A DNA stretch of 64,000 nt from Rikenellaceae bacterium (GCA_031549665.1 JAVBPJ010000010.1:5671-69670); one strand, 5' to 3'. Positions 1-9,485 are shown, counted from the first letter of the stretch. Notes: generated by a model from the sequence alone, not told the origin. Numbers and translations are program-made.

Positions 1-485
1 AGTTCAGCTCCACCATCGTGGCCCTGATCCTTGCCGGCAAGGTGGGATCGAACATCGCCTCGGAGATCGGAACCATGCGCATTACCGAACAGATCGACGC
101 ACTGGAGATCATGGGGGTCAATTCGGCCAGCTACCTGATCCTGCCCAAGGTGGTGGCGTCGGCGTTCTTCTTCCCGCTGCTCACGATGATGAGCATGGTG
201 ATCGGCGTGATCGGCGGTTTCCTGGTGGTGGAGGTAACGAACCTCTTCCCCTCGTTCGAATACATAACCGGACTGCGCTATGCGTTCAATCCGTTCTACA
301 TTACCTATTCGATCATCAAGGCCTGTGTCTTCGGGATCATTATCTCGACCGTCTCGTCCTATTTCGGCTACTACGCCAAGGGAAATTCGCTCGAAGTGGG
401 CCGGGCCAGCACCCGCGCCGTGGTCATGAGCAGCATCGTGATCCTGATCTTCAACCTGATTCTCACCCAATTGATGCTCACCTAA
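1..485 (+). CDS. mlaE: MlaE-family ABC transporter permease (5' truncated by window edge)
   Basis: AGKVGSNIASEIGTMRITEQIDALEIMG and VGRASTRAVV motifs; hydrophobic helices; frame open to window start. Confidence 0.9.
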   Translation, partial: FSSTIVALILAGKVGSNIASEIGTMRITEQIDALEIMGVNSASYLILPKVVASAFFFPLLTMMSMVIGVIGGFLVVEVTNLFPSFEYITGLRYAFNPFYITYSIIKACVFGIIISTVSSYFGYYAKGNSLEVGRASTRAVVMSSIVILIFNLILTQLMLT

Positions 486-488
486 GGC

Positions 489-1241
489 ATGATACAGGCG
501 GTTGATCTTTGCAAAACATTCGAGGACGGGCATCAGGTGCTCCGGAACGTGAGCGCCACGTTCCAGCAGGGCAAGACCAACCTGATCATCGGCCAAAGCG
601 GGTCGGGGAAAACCGTGCTGCTCAAGTCGCTGGTCGGACTGGTGCAGGTCGATTCGGGACAAATCCTTTACGACGACCTCTGTTTCAACACCGCCTCGCT
701 CGAAACCAAACGGCACCTGCGCCAGCAGCTCGGCATGATCTTCCAGGGCGGCGCGCTGCTCGACTCTTCGACCGTCGAGGAGAACGTGCGCTTTCCGCTG
801 GACCTGTTCACCTCGATGCCCCACGACGAGAAGATGGATCGGGTGAACTTTTGCCTGCAGCGGGTCAACCTGGCCAATGCGAACCACCTCTACCCCTCGG
901 AACTGAGCGGCGGGATGATCAAGCGCGTGGCCATCGCCCGGGCCATTGTGATGAACCCCAACTACCTCTTCTGCGACGAACCCAACTCGGGCCTCGACCC
1001 CAAAACCTCGGTGGTGATCGACAACCTGATCCAGGAGATCACCCAGGAATACAACATCACCACCATCATCAACACCCACGACATGAACTCGGTGATGGAG
1101 ATCGGCGACACGATCATCTTCATTTACCAGGGCCAAAAGTGGTGGGAGGGGTCGAAAGAGAACATCCTCGACACCGACAACAAAGAGCTCGAAGAGTTCG
1201 TCTTCGCCTCGGCCATGGCCAAAAAGGTGCGCGGGCGGTAA
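489..1241 (+). CDS. mlaF: MlaF-type ABC transporter ATP-binding protein
   Basis: Walker A GQSGSGKT, signature LSGGM, Walker B YLFCDEP; follows mlaE. Confidence 0.88.
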   Translation: MIQAVDLCKTFEDGHQVLRNVSATFQQGKTNLIIGQSGSGKTVLLKSLVGLVQVDSGQILYDDLCFNTASLETKRHLRQQLGMIFQGGALLDSSTVEENVRFPLDLFTSMPHDEKMDRVNFCLQRVNLANANHLYPSELSGGMIKRVAIARAIVMNPNYLFCDEPNSGLDPKTSVVIDNLIQEITQEYNITTIINTHDMNSVMEIGDTIIFIYQGQKWWEGSKENILDTDNKELEEFVFASAMAKKVRGR

Positions 1242-1299
1242 ACGGCTGTGCCGGGCTGGATACGAGCATCGTATTTTCGGTGGAATAAAACGATTGCAT

Positions 1300-1326
1300 A
1301 AGAGGCTCTCAATGGGGGCCTCTTTT
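1300..1326 (+). terminator. Probable intrinsic terminator after mlaF
   Basis: AAGAGGCTCTC-AAT-GGGGGCCTCTT hairpin followed by T-rich tail. Confidence 0.55.
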
Positions 1327-1432
1327 GGTTTGGTCAGGGGACGCCGCCCGGGCGGCGTTTTCCCGGATCAGTCTTCATTTTGGACTGGTGGGAATTGCCT
1401 TATGGAGTTATTACATGATCTTCTTGGGCCTC

Positions 1433-1500
1433 AGCTCGCGGAAGAATGCTCGTAATGCAATGAAGAGCAGGCCTCCGCAGGGCGGAGCTGCGGCCTGCCG
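1433..1500. repeat. Dispersed palindromic element, copy 1 (copy 2 at 37941-37999)
   Basis: 1465-1500 matches 37964-37999 at 35/36 nt; AGCTCGCGGnnGAATGCTC also shared. Confidence 0.85.
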
Positions 1501-1581
1501 ACTTTCTGCGAAAGTCAATGAACTATTTGTTAAAATCTTGCCAATCTTCGTTTTAGACTGAGCCGTTTTTCTGCGCCCGAT

Positions 1582-3141
1582 CTATACCGGGAACCGGTAG
1601 GTGGTTCCGTTCACCTGGATCGAGAAGTTGCCGCTGCTGGGCCAAAGCGGAGGAACCACCTGTTGCTCCCACTGTTCGATCAGGCGCCGCATGCGGTCGA
1701 CCCGTTCGGGGTGCCGGTCGGCCAGGTTGAAGTTTTCCGAAGGGTCTTGTTGCAGGTCGAAGAGCATCACCCGCCGGTCTTTGTCGTCCAGGTAGAGTTT
1801 CCACCCCTCGGCGATGCAGGCCTTCAGGTAGCCGTTGCGCCAGAACAGTTCGCTGTGTGGCCCTTCGGAATGGGTTCCGTTGAGGTAGGGAAGCAGGTTT
1901 TGGCTGTCGTACTCGCGGTCGGCAGGCGGGGCGACTTTGGCGGCCGCCAGCAGGGTGCTGAAGATGTCCAGCGACGAAACGGGCTGGTCGTAGACCACCC
2001 CTTGCAACTTTTCGCGGGCCGGGAATTTCACGTAGAACGGCACCCGAAGCCCCCCGTCGAACAGGGTGCATTTGCCGCCCGAAAAGGGGAGGTTGTCGGT
2101 GGCCCGGGTGTACGAGGCGCCGCCGTTGTCGCTGGTAAACACAATCAGCGTGTTGTCGAACAGGCCGTTCTGCCGGAGGGTTTCCACCACGCGGCCCACG
2201 GCGTCGTCCAGCGCCTCGATCATGGCGTAGTAGACACGCTTGACGGGATCGGCCTCGTCGATGCGGTCGTAGTACGTGCGGGGCGCCTGGAACGGATCGT
2301 GCGGAGCGTTGAAGGTAAGGGTCAGGAAGAAGGGCCGGTCGCTGTTGCGCTCGATGAACCGGACGGCCTTGTCGGCGAACGAAAAGGTGAGGTACCCGGT
2401 GTCGGCCACCACGCGGTTCCCCTCGCGGATGGCGGTCGGACCCGACCGCCGCTGCCAGGCGGGAATGTCGGAAAAGGCCCAGGGACAATGGGCTTCGACG
2501 TATTGCGTCGTATCCACGGGGTCGTCGACGTAGCGGGTCAGCGCGCCCGAAAAGTAATAACTGTAACCATATCCGTATTCGTCGGGGGTGCTTGCGGCCG
2601 ACGATCCCACGTTCCATTTGCCCACCAGTCCGGTGGCGTAGCCGGCGGGCCGGAGCAGTTGGGCGAGGGTGATCTCGTCGGACGGGAGGTCGGTCTGGTG
2701 CTTCCCCCGGCGGACGAACAGGTTGGGGCTGAAATCCTTGAGTCCCTCCGGTTTCTTTTTCAGGTAGTAGGGAATGAAGTACTTCTTGTACTCCTTCATA
2801 AAGGTGTCGTCGAAACGGTCGTAGGGCATAAATTCGTAGCCGAAACGGTTTTGGCAACGGCCCGTGAAAATGCCTGCCCGCGAAGGACCCGAAATGGGCG
2901 ACGAGCAGTAGGCGTGGGTGAAGCGGACTCCGTGTTGTCCCAGTCCGTCGATGTGGGGCGTGCGGATGCGGGTGTTTCCGTAGGCTTGCAGGTCGCTGTA
3001 CCCCAGGTCGTCGACCACAATCAGCAGGATGTTGGGCCGCTCCGCATCCGTCCGGCGCGGCTCGGCGGGGGGGGAGGGCTGGGCCGCCGCGTTCAGGGTG
3101 GCCGGGGCGAGTAACAGGGGGAGGATCGAACGGGGTTTCAT
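1582..3141 (-). CDS. Exported arylsulfatase-like sulfatase (Ser-type)
   Basis: RPNILLIVVDDLG, S-G-P-S-R formylglycine motif followed by GIFTGR, GKW, FTSDNG; signal peptide if start is MKPRSILPLLL at 3141. Confidence 0.9.
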   Translation of the reverse strand: MKPRSILPLLLAPATLNAAAQPSPPAEPRRTDAERPNILLIVVDDLGYSDLQAYGNTRIRTPHIDGLGQHGVRFTHAYCSSPISGPSRAGIFTGRCQNRFGYEFMPYDRFDDTFMKEYKKYFIPYYLKKKPEGLKDFSPNLFVRRGKHQTDLPSDEITLAQLLRPAGYATGLVGKWNVGSSAASTPDEYGYGYSYYFSGALTRYVDDPVDTTQYVEAHCPWAFSDIPAWQRRSGPTAIREGNRVVADTGYLTFSFADKAVRFIERNSDRPFFLTLTFNAPHDPFQAPRTYYDRIDEADPVKRVYYAMIEALDDAVGRVVETLRQNGLFDNTLIVFTSDNGGASYTRATDNLPFSGGKCTLFDGGLRVPFYVKFPAREKLQGVVYDQPVSSLDIFSTLLAAAKVAPPADREYDSQNLLPYLNGTHSEGPHSELFWRNGYLKACIAEGWKLYLDDKDRRVMLFDLQQDPSENFNLADRHPERVDRMRRLIEQWEQQVVPPLWPSSGNFSIQVNGTTYRFPV

Positions 3142-3202
3142 CGGATTTGCAAAAGGAGGTACGGGGAGCAAATGCACGGTGGGTAAAGGAGTGGCAAGGG
3201 GG

Positions 3203-3940
3203 TCATCGGGACAGGAGCAGTCCGCCGTCGAGGATCAGTTCCGACCCGCACACCCACCGGGCGGCGTCCGAAAGGAGGTACACGGCGGCGTAGGCGACGT
3301 CCTCGGGCCGCCCGTAGCCGAGCGGATAGTTGGCCTGGTCGGCCTGTTTCTCTTCCGAGGAGAGGTACTCGATCAGCGGCGTTTCGACCATGGCGGCCGA
3401 AAGCGTGTTGACCCGCGCGCCGATCCCCAGCAGCTCTTTGCCCAGCACGTTGGCGGCGGCGTGCAGTCCCCCTTTCGATGCGGCGTAGAGCGCGTGTCCC
3501 ACCTGCCCCGTGTGGGTGATGAGCGAGGAGAGGATCACGAACGATACGCCGGGGTTGAGCTTTTTCCGGACAATGAGTTCCCTGGAAAGCAGGATCGGAG
3601 CCATTAAATTGACCTCCAGCGCCTCGCGGATATCTTCCCGTTCGATCAGCCTGATGGGCAGGGGCTGGATCATCCCGGCGGCGTAGACCACCCCGTCGAG
3701 CGGCGGAAGCGCCCCGGCCAGCGCCTCGATTTGGGAGTCCTGGGTCAGGTCGGCCACCACTTGTTGGTGGATGTCGCCCTCCAGGGCGCGGAACGTTTCG
3801 TCGAGCCGCGCGGCGTGGCGGGCCGTAATCACCAGCCTCGCCCCCATGCGGGAGGCTTCGATGGCGATGGAACGGCCGATGCCCGACGAAGCGCCGGTTA
3901 CCAGAATCGTTTTTCCTGCGAGCGAAAAGGGGTTATGCAT
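3203..3940 (-). CDS. SDR oxidoreductase, FabG-like ketoreductase
   Basis: TGASSGIG and YAASK motifs; start reassigned to MHNPFSLAGK (3940), overlapping upstream stop. Confidence 0.85.
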   Translation of the reverse strand: MHNPFSLAGKTILVTGASSGIGRSIAIEASRMGARLVITARHAARLDETFRALEGDIHQQVVADLTQDSQIEALAGALPPLDGVVYAAGMIQPLPIRLIEREDIREALEVNLMAPILLSRELIVRKKLNPGVSFVILSSLITHTGQVGHALYAASKGGLHAAANVLGKELLGIGARVNTLSAAMVETPLIEYLSSEEKQADQANYPLGYGRPEDVAYAAVYLLSDAARWVCGSELILDGGLLLSR

Positions 3941-4985
3941 ATTCGACCAATGGGCTGCAATACAGGCGGCTGGTACGGAAGTGGCAACTGCCCCACGAGA
4001 GGCCCACGCCGAAACCGCACAGGCAAAGGTCGGTATCTTTTTCGAGGCTTCCAACTTCGGTTACCAGTGTGAGCGGAATGCTGGCGCTCGATGTGTTGGC
4101 GAACTCACCGAGCGAGACGGGCACTTTTTCGGCGGGCAGCTCCAGCAGTTCGGCGATGTTTTCCAGAATCATCCGGTTGGCCTGGTGGAACACGAAGTAG
4201 TCGGTCTGTTCCCGATGGAGTCCGAAGTGGGCGTAGAGTTTTTCGATGCTCTCCGGGACTTCGGCGATGGCGAACGAAAAGACGTCCATGCCGTTGAGGA
4301 TCAGGTGCGCCTCATTCCGCACGATCTTCGGGCCGTACTCTTTCATCTCGAACGAGGCGGGGGTGATGGGGTGGCGCATGCCGCCCGCTTTGGCCATGAT
4401 GGCTTCGGCGCCGCTGCCGTCGGTGGCCAGGTGGAACTGCATGCCCCCGGCCAGCGGGTCGTACCGGAGCAGGGTGGCGCTTCCGGCGGCCCCGAACAGG
4501 GGGTAGGTGCTTTTGTCCAGCGGCGATATTTGCGAGGGGGAGTCGCCCACCAGCAACAGGCAGCGCCGCAGGTTCCCTCCCGCCAGCATCGAGGCGGCCA
4601 CGCTCAGTCCGTAGGGGTAGCCCGAGCAGCCGGCGGTCAGGTCCAGCGCGGCGCACTCGACCGGGAGCCCCAGCCGCTCCTGCAACAGGCAGGAGGTCAT
4701 CGGGACGATGTAGTCGGGCGTTTGGCTCACGAACAGCAGCAGGTCGATCTCGCGGCGGTCGATCTGCAAGTCGCCCAGCAACCGCTCGGCGGCGGCGAAA
4801 CAGAGGTCGGAGGTGCAGGCGCCGGTGGTCGAAACGCGACTGCTGCGAATGCCGGTGGCCTCGCTGAACTGGGCGAACTCCTGTTCCGAGAATAGGTGCC
4901 GGTAGTCGTCGTAGCTCCGTTTTTGGGCGGGTACGCAGGCGGCGACGCCCTCGACGGCCACGCGGGGAATCTCCAGGAAGGCCAT
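3933..4985 (-). CDS. Ketoacyl-ACP synthase III (FabH-like)
   Basis: Catalytic AGCSG, HQAN, ANTSSAS and GFGVGLSWG; start MAFLEIPRV at 4985. Confidence 0.88.
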   Translation of the reverse strand: MAFLEIPRVAVEGVAACVPAQKRSYDDYRHLFSEQEFAQFSEATGIRSSRVSTTGACTSDLCFAAAERLLGDLQIDRREIDLLLFVSQTPDYIVPMTSCLLQERLGLPVECAALDLTAGCSGYPYGLSVAASMLAGGNLRRCLLLVGDSPSQISPLDKSTYPLFGAAGSATLLRYDPLAGGMQFHLATDGSGAEAIMAKAGGMRHPITPASFEMKEYGPKIVRNEAHLILNGMDVFSFAIAEVPESIEKLYAHFGLHREQTDYFVFHQANRMILENIAELLELPAEKVPVSLGEFANTSSASIPLTLVTEVGSLEKDTDLCLCGFGVGLSWGSCHFRTSRLYCSPLVEYA

Positions 4986-5215
4986 TACTGTTTCGAGGCT
5001 ACCAGGTCGTACAACTCGCCCAGGGTGTGGGTGGCGCGGATCTCGTCGCCCTTGAGGCGCACTCGGTATTTTTTGTAAATGACCGCAATGACCGACAGGG
5101 CCAGCAGCGAACTCCATTCGCCCTGTTCGCGGTAACGGGTGTCGGCGGTAAAGCCCTCGCCTTGTTCGAATTGGGCGGCGATCTCGTGGATAAACTGGGT
5201 TTGATTCGATTCCAT
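4985..5215 (-). CDS. Acyl carrier protein
   Basis: 76 aa from MESNQTQF; EWSSL phosphopantetheine-site variant and TLGELYDLV C-terminus; coupled to FabH-like gene. Confidence 0.8.
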   Translation of the reverse strand: MESNQTQFIHEIAAQFEQGEGFTADTRYREQGEWSSLLALSVIAVIYKKYRVRLKGDEIRATHTLGELYDLVASKQ

Positions 5216-5220
5216 GGGGG

Positions 5221-7113
5221 TTATTGAATGGGGGTGATCCGGTAAAATTCGTAGGGTTCGCGGTTGGCGCAGGCGATTCGTTCCACCCGGAAGGGGCGGC
5301 CTGCGAACCACGACTCCATGCCGCGCTGGGCCACCACAAAGCGGATTTCGTGCTGCCGGATAAAGCGGTTCTGGGCCTCCCACAGGCTGTCGGCCAGTTG
5401 CTGCTGTTCCACAAAACGGTAGAAGGGGCCGGTTTCGATCGACCCCAGCACGTAGGTCTGGTCGGCGAGCTGCTCGGTGTCGTAGGGAATGTCGTAAACG
5501 CTCAGGTTGACGGGCAGGTAACGGTCGGTGTAGCGGCGCAGGTCGGGCAGGGCGCGGACGTAGTTGGCGTTGCGGAAGAAGGGTTCGCGCCGTTTGGCGG
5601 CGTCGTAAGTTTCCAGGTAGGCGTAGTTGCCGGGCTGGTCCACCGTTCGTTCCACCTGCCGGTAGAAAGCGGCGTCGAACCGATCGCCCGGTTTCACGTG
5701 CGACAGGATGAGCAGGTTAAAGACCACCAACACCGCCGGAGCCAGCCATTGCCATCCGCGGGCCGGAGATACGGCATGGGCCAGCAGCAGAAAGAAACCG
5801 ATTTGCAGCAACGGCAACGATACGGAGTAGGTGAGTTGGATGTTGTCGACCAGGAACCACAGCGCGGTACTCCCCGCCAGCGAAACCAGCAGGATCAGCG
5901 GATAAAGCCCGTTTTGCCGGATTCCCCGCCACAGGGCGGTGCGTTTTTCGCGCCCCAGCAGCGGAATGAGCAACAGGTAGGGGATCGCGTTCAGCAGCAG
6001 GGGGATCAGCCGCTGGGCGAAATTCTCCGGCAGGACTCTCCATCCGTTCGCGCCTGCGAAACTCTCCTTCAGGGCCGCCAACGCCGACAGGCTTTCGATT
6101 TTGTAGGGGTCGTCAATTCCGTTCAGGGCATAAAAGAGCAGGATGTGTCCCAGCGTAAACAGGGTAACCACGATGCCGCAGAGGTACCCGTTTTGGCAGG
6201 TGCGTTCCTTGCGGAAGGTGCGGATCAGCAGCCAAAGGCCGCAGCCTGCCAGCAGGGCCGGCGCGGCGGGAGCGTACAGCAGCGATGCGACGCAGAGCGG
6301 CCAAATGCGCCAAAGGAGCGAATCGTTTTGCGCCAGCATCGAAGCGGCCAGCGCAATGCCGACGGGAAGAAACTTTTGCAGTTGGACCGACCAGCTTCCA
6401 AAGGGGGCGTACCCGTAGAGGGCGAAGTTGTCGTGAAAATAGTATCCGACGATTCCGACGATCGGCAGCAGCAGGGCGGTGAGGTAGGATCGGGGAGTTG
6501 CGAGCCTGAAGAACGACTGCGCCAGGGCGGCCCCTCCGGCGTAGAACAGGGTGAGCAGCAGGGGGAACGCCACCATTACCAGCGAGGTCAGTTGGGTCAG
6601 TCCGAACAGGTGGCCGGCCAGTACGGACAGCCAAATTTCGCCGTAATGGTAGAGGGCCGGAGCCTGGAACGCGGTGTTGGCCCAGTCCAGGTAGGGCGTT
6701 TCGACGGCGGTTTGGTCGAGAAAACTTCCCACGGCGGCATAGAACGAGTAGTCGGGATGGATGGCCTGGTTCCACACCAGCAGGAGCTGACCGCTCCAAA
6801 ACAGCGCGGCCGCGACGGCGGTAAGTCCCAGTTCGAGCCATTCGATCTGTCGCAGCCGGGCAGCGACGCCCCGGAACGAACACTCGGACCGGTATGCGCC
6901 GATGGCCAGCAACGGAACCACACCCAGCAACAGGGTCTGCCCGCCGGTGCGGATCAGGGCGTACAGGGTGGCCAGCACCGTCGCCCCCAGGGCCAGTTTC
7001 AGGAACAGGCGCACGGCGGCGGGGCGGTCGTTGTCGACCAGCGACAACAGCACATGGCCCGCGAAATAGCAGATCAGCAGGATTCCCAATAAAGAGCATA
7101 GGGTGGTGAGCAT
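5221..7113 (-). CDS. Polytopic membrane protein, putative GT-C-like glycosyltransferase
   Basis: 630 aa with about a dozen hydrophobic segments, polar loop with HPDYSFY and LYHYGEIW, soluble C-terminal domain; function inferred from context. Confidence 0.55.
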   Translation of the reverse strand: MLTTLCSLLGILLICYFAGHVLLSLVDNDRPAAVRLFLKLALGATVLATLYALIRTGGQTLLLGVVPLLAIGAYRSECSFRGVAARLRQIEWLELGLTAVAAALFWSGQLLLVWNQAIHPDYSFYAAVGSFLDQTAVETPYLDWANTAFQAPALYHYGEIWLSVLAGHLFGLTQLTSLVMVAFPLLLTLFYAGGAALAQSFFRLATPRSYLTALLLPIVGIVGYYFHDNFALYGYAPFGSWSVQLQKFLPVGIALAASMLAQNDSLLWRIWPLCVASLLYAPAAPALLAGCGLWLLIRTFRKERTCQNGYLCGIVVTLFTLGHILLFYALNGIDDPYKIESLSALAALKESFAGANGWRVLPENFAQRLIPLLLNAIPYLLLIPLLGREKRTALWRGIRQNGLYPLILLVSLAGSTALWFLVDNIQLTYSVSLPLLQIGFFLLLAHAVSPARGWQWLAPAVLVVFNLLILSHVKPGDRFDAAFYRQVERTVDQPGNYAYLETYDAAKRREPFFRNANYVRALPDLRRYTDRYLPVNLSVYDIPYDTEQLADQTYVLGSIETGPFYRFVEQQQLADSLWEAQNRFIRQHEIRFVVAQRGMESWFAGRPFRVERIACANREPYEFYRITPIQ

Positions 7114-7125
7114 CGTCGGGAGGGA

Positions 7126-8226
7126 TTAGGGCTTGAAAAACAGTCGGATGGAGTCGGCAATGGTTTCGATCTCCTGTTCGGCGAGTTCGTGAAACAGGGG
7201 CAACCGGAGCAGGCAGTCGGAGAAACGGTCGGCGCAAGGCAGTTCGCGGCCGTCGTGCAACAGGGCTCCGTAAGGGCTTCGGTGGAGGCTTTGGTAGTGG
7301 AACACGGCCAGAATGTTGTGGGCCGCAAGGTGGCGGATCAGCGCGTCGCGCTCGGCTTTCGAGCAGCACACCAGGTAGAAAATGTGGGCGCTTCCCGGGT
7401 CGGCGGGCAGTTCGAAGCAACCCGCCTCGGCCAGCGGTTGCAGTTGCCGCAGGTAGTGGTTCCACAGTGTCCGGCGGCGGTGCTGGATCGTTTCGGCCGC
7501 TTCGAGCTGTGCGCAAAGAAAGGCGGCCGTCAGTTCGTTCGGGGCGAACGATGCCCCCTGAGATACCCATTCGTAGCTCGGCACCTCGCCCCGTTCGAAA
7601 GCCGAACGGTTGGTGCCGCGGTTCCAGATGGTCTCGGCCCGGGCGATCAGCTCCGGTTCGTTGACCCCCAGCATGCCTCCCTCGCCGCAGTGGATGTTCT
7701 TGGTTTCGTGGAACGAAACGCAACTCATCCCCCGCCGGCCCCGTGGGGTTGCGGCGACGGTGTGGGCCGCGTCTTCGATCACGTGGAGGCGGTGCCGGTC
7801 GGCCAGTTCGAAAATCCGCTCCATGTCGCACAACACCCCGCCGTAGTGTACGGGGACAATGGCCCGTGTGCGCGGAGTGATCAGCGCTTCGAGCTGCGAA
7901 CAGTCCAGGTTGGGATGGCGGGGCAGCGAATCGGCGAAGCGCACGCGGGCTCCGGCGCGCGTAAAGGCGAGCGCCGTCGAGACGAAGGTGAACGAGGGGA
8001 CGATCACTTCGTCGCCCGGCCCGATGCCGTAGATCAGGGCGGCCATTTCGAGCGCCGAGGTGCAGGAGGTGGTCAGAAAGCAACGCTCCACTCCGTAACG
8101 CTCCCCCAGCAGCGCCTGGCACCGCTGGGTGAACAGGCCGTTGGCCGAAAGTTTTCCCCTGTCGGCGGCCTCGCGGATCAGGGCCTGTTCGCGGCCGGTC
8201 AGGTGCGGTTTGTTAAAGGGAATCAT
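7126..8226 (-). CDS. wecE: dTDP-4-amino-4,6-dideoxyhexose transaminase (DegT/DnrJ family)
   Basis: MIPFNKP start, TTSCTSALEMAA, PVHYGG, EDAAH, SFHETKN PLP lysine, GEGG. Confidence 0.88.
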   Translation of the reverse strand: MIPFNKPHLTGREQALIREAADRGKLSANGLFTQRCQALLGERYGVERCFLTTSCTSALEMAALIYGIGPGDEVIVPSFTFVSTALAFTRAGARVRFADSLPRHPNLDCSQLEALITPRTRAIVPVHYGGVLCDMERIFELADRHRLHVIEDAAHTVAATPRGRRGMSCVSFHETKNIHCGEGGMLGVNEPELIARAETIWNRGTNRSAFERGEVPSYEWVSQGASFAPNELTAAFLCAQLEAAETIQHRRRTLWNHYLRQLQPLAEAGCFELPADPGSAHIFYLVCCSKAERDALIRHLAAHNILAVFHYQSLHRSPYGALLHDGRELPCADRFSDCLLRLPLFHELAEQEIETIADSIRLFFKP

Positions 8227-9472
8227 CGTCGGGCAGTAACGCCACCAAAGGTACGCGATATTTGTAATAATCGGCCCGTGTGAGGAGGTAACGCTGCAAC
8301 TGTTTTTTCTCTTCCCCCCTCTGCGGCCGGAATCCGAATGCGCGGTTGAAACGGATGGCCCGGTGGTTGTCGGCCAGGATGTGGGCGGTGAGCGTTTTCA
8401 GCCCCAGCACCTCGAAGTTGTAGTCGAGGCCGCACAGCGAGGCGCGGATGGGGAGGTCGCTGTCGAGAAATTCGGCCTCGCCGATAAAGATGCCGGTTTC
8501 GGCGCGGCGGTGGCGGTAGTCGATCGCCTTGAGGTTGCAGAGTCCCGCCTCCTTGCCTCCGGCCTCGATGATGCAGTAGCGGTTTCGCTCGTTTTCGACG
8601 GAGCGGAACCAAGCCTGCTGGGCCTCGGGGCTGATCTCCTCCCGAAACGCCATGTGGACGGCCACGTGCGGGGCGTTGCGCCATTGCCGCACCTGTTCGA
8701 TTTTGTCTGCGGTGAGCCGAACCAGCCGTACGCCGTACCCCTTGGTGGCCACGTTGACGGTGGTTCGGATCTGGAATAGGATCCGGTTTCGAAAGCCTCC
8801 GGGAAAGAGCAGGCCGAAAGCGGCGCGAAACAACTTTCCGGGCGTGTAGCTGCTGCGGCCCCGGGCCGAGGGGGGATTCGGAACGTCGACCAGCGCCACG
8901 GAGCATCCGCGCAGGTAGTCCAGGGCCGAGAAGGGGCGCGAGGGCTGTTGGCGCCGGCGGTAGGCCTCGATTATCCGGCGGGGATAGAGCGCGTAGTTGG
9001 CCACGGCCGGGTCGGTCTTCACTCCCCGGCGCAGCGAGAGCAGCCCGTGAAACAGCCGCGAGGCCAGGCGGCGGCAGGGCGTTGCGGGACGGCCGCTTCG
9101 GCGGGCCATCACCACGTCGTATCCCTGTTGCGCCTTGCGCCAAAGCGCGGGCAGGTATTCGGGCGGGTCTTGCAGGTCGCAGTCCATCACCGCCACCCAA
9201 TCGCCGCAGGCGTGCAGCACGCCCGCCGAAATGGCGGCCTGCTGCCCGGCGTTGCGGGCCAGGTCGATGCCTTTGAAGCGGGGGTCGAGGCGGCAAAGCC
9301 GTTCGATCTCACCCCACGAACCGTCGGGCGAGGCGTCGTTCACCAGCACCACTTCGTAGCGTCGGGTGATGGCCGAAAGGGCCGCCTGCAGCGCTTCGGC
9401 CAGCGGTTTCAGCGTGTTTTCTCCGTGATACACGGGAATGACGACCGAAATATCCGGAGCGGAAGAGGGCAT
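8213..9472 (-). CDS. GT2 (GtrB/ArnC-like) glycosyltransferase fused to RimJ/PseH-like GNAT acyltransferase
   Basis: N-part SVVIPVY, VNDASPD, RNAGQQ, MDCDLQDPP; C-part VRQWRN, AETGIFIG, DNHRAIRFNRAFGF. Confidence 0.8.
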   Translation of the reverse strand: MPSSAPDISVVIPVYHGENTLKPLAEALQAALSAITRRYEVVLVNDASPDGSWGEIERLCRLDPRFKGIDLARNAGQQAAISAGVLHACGDWVAVMDCDLQDPPEYLPALWRKAQQGYDVVMARRSGRPATPCRRLASRLFHGLLSLRRGVKTDPAVANYALYPRRIIEAYRRRQQPSRPFSALDYLRGCSVALVDVPNPPSARGRSSYTPGKLFRAAFGLLFPGGFRNRILFQIRTTVNVATKGYGVRLVRLTADKIEQVRQWRNAPHVAVHMAFREEISPEAQQAWFRSVENERNRYCIIEAGGKEAGLCNLKAIDYRHRRAETGIFIGEAEFLDSDLPIRASLCGLDYNFEVLGLKTLTAHILADNHRAIRFNRAFGFRPQRGEEKKQLQRYLLTRADYYKYRVPLVALLPDDDSL

Positions 9473-9485
9473 CGCGGCGCTGAGA

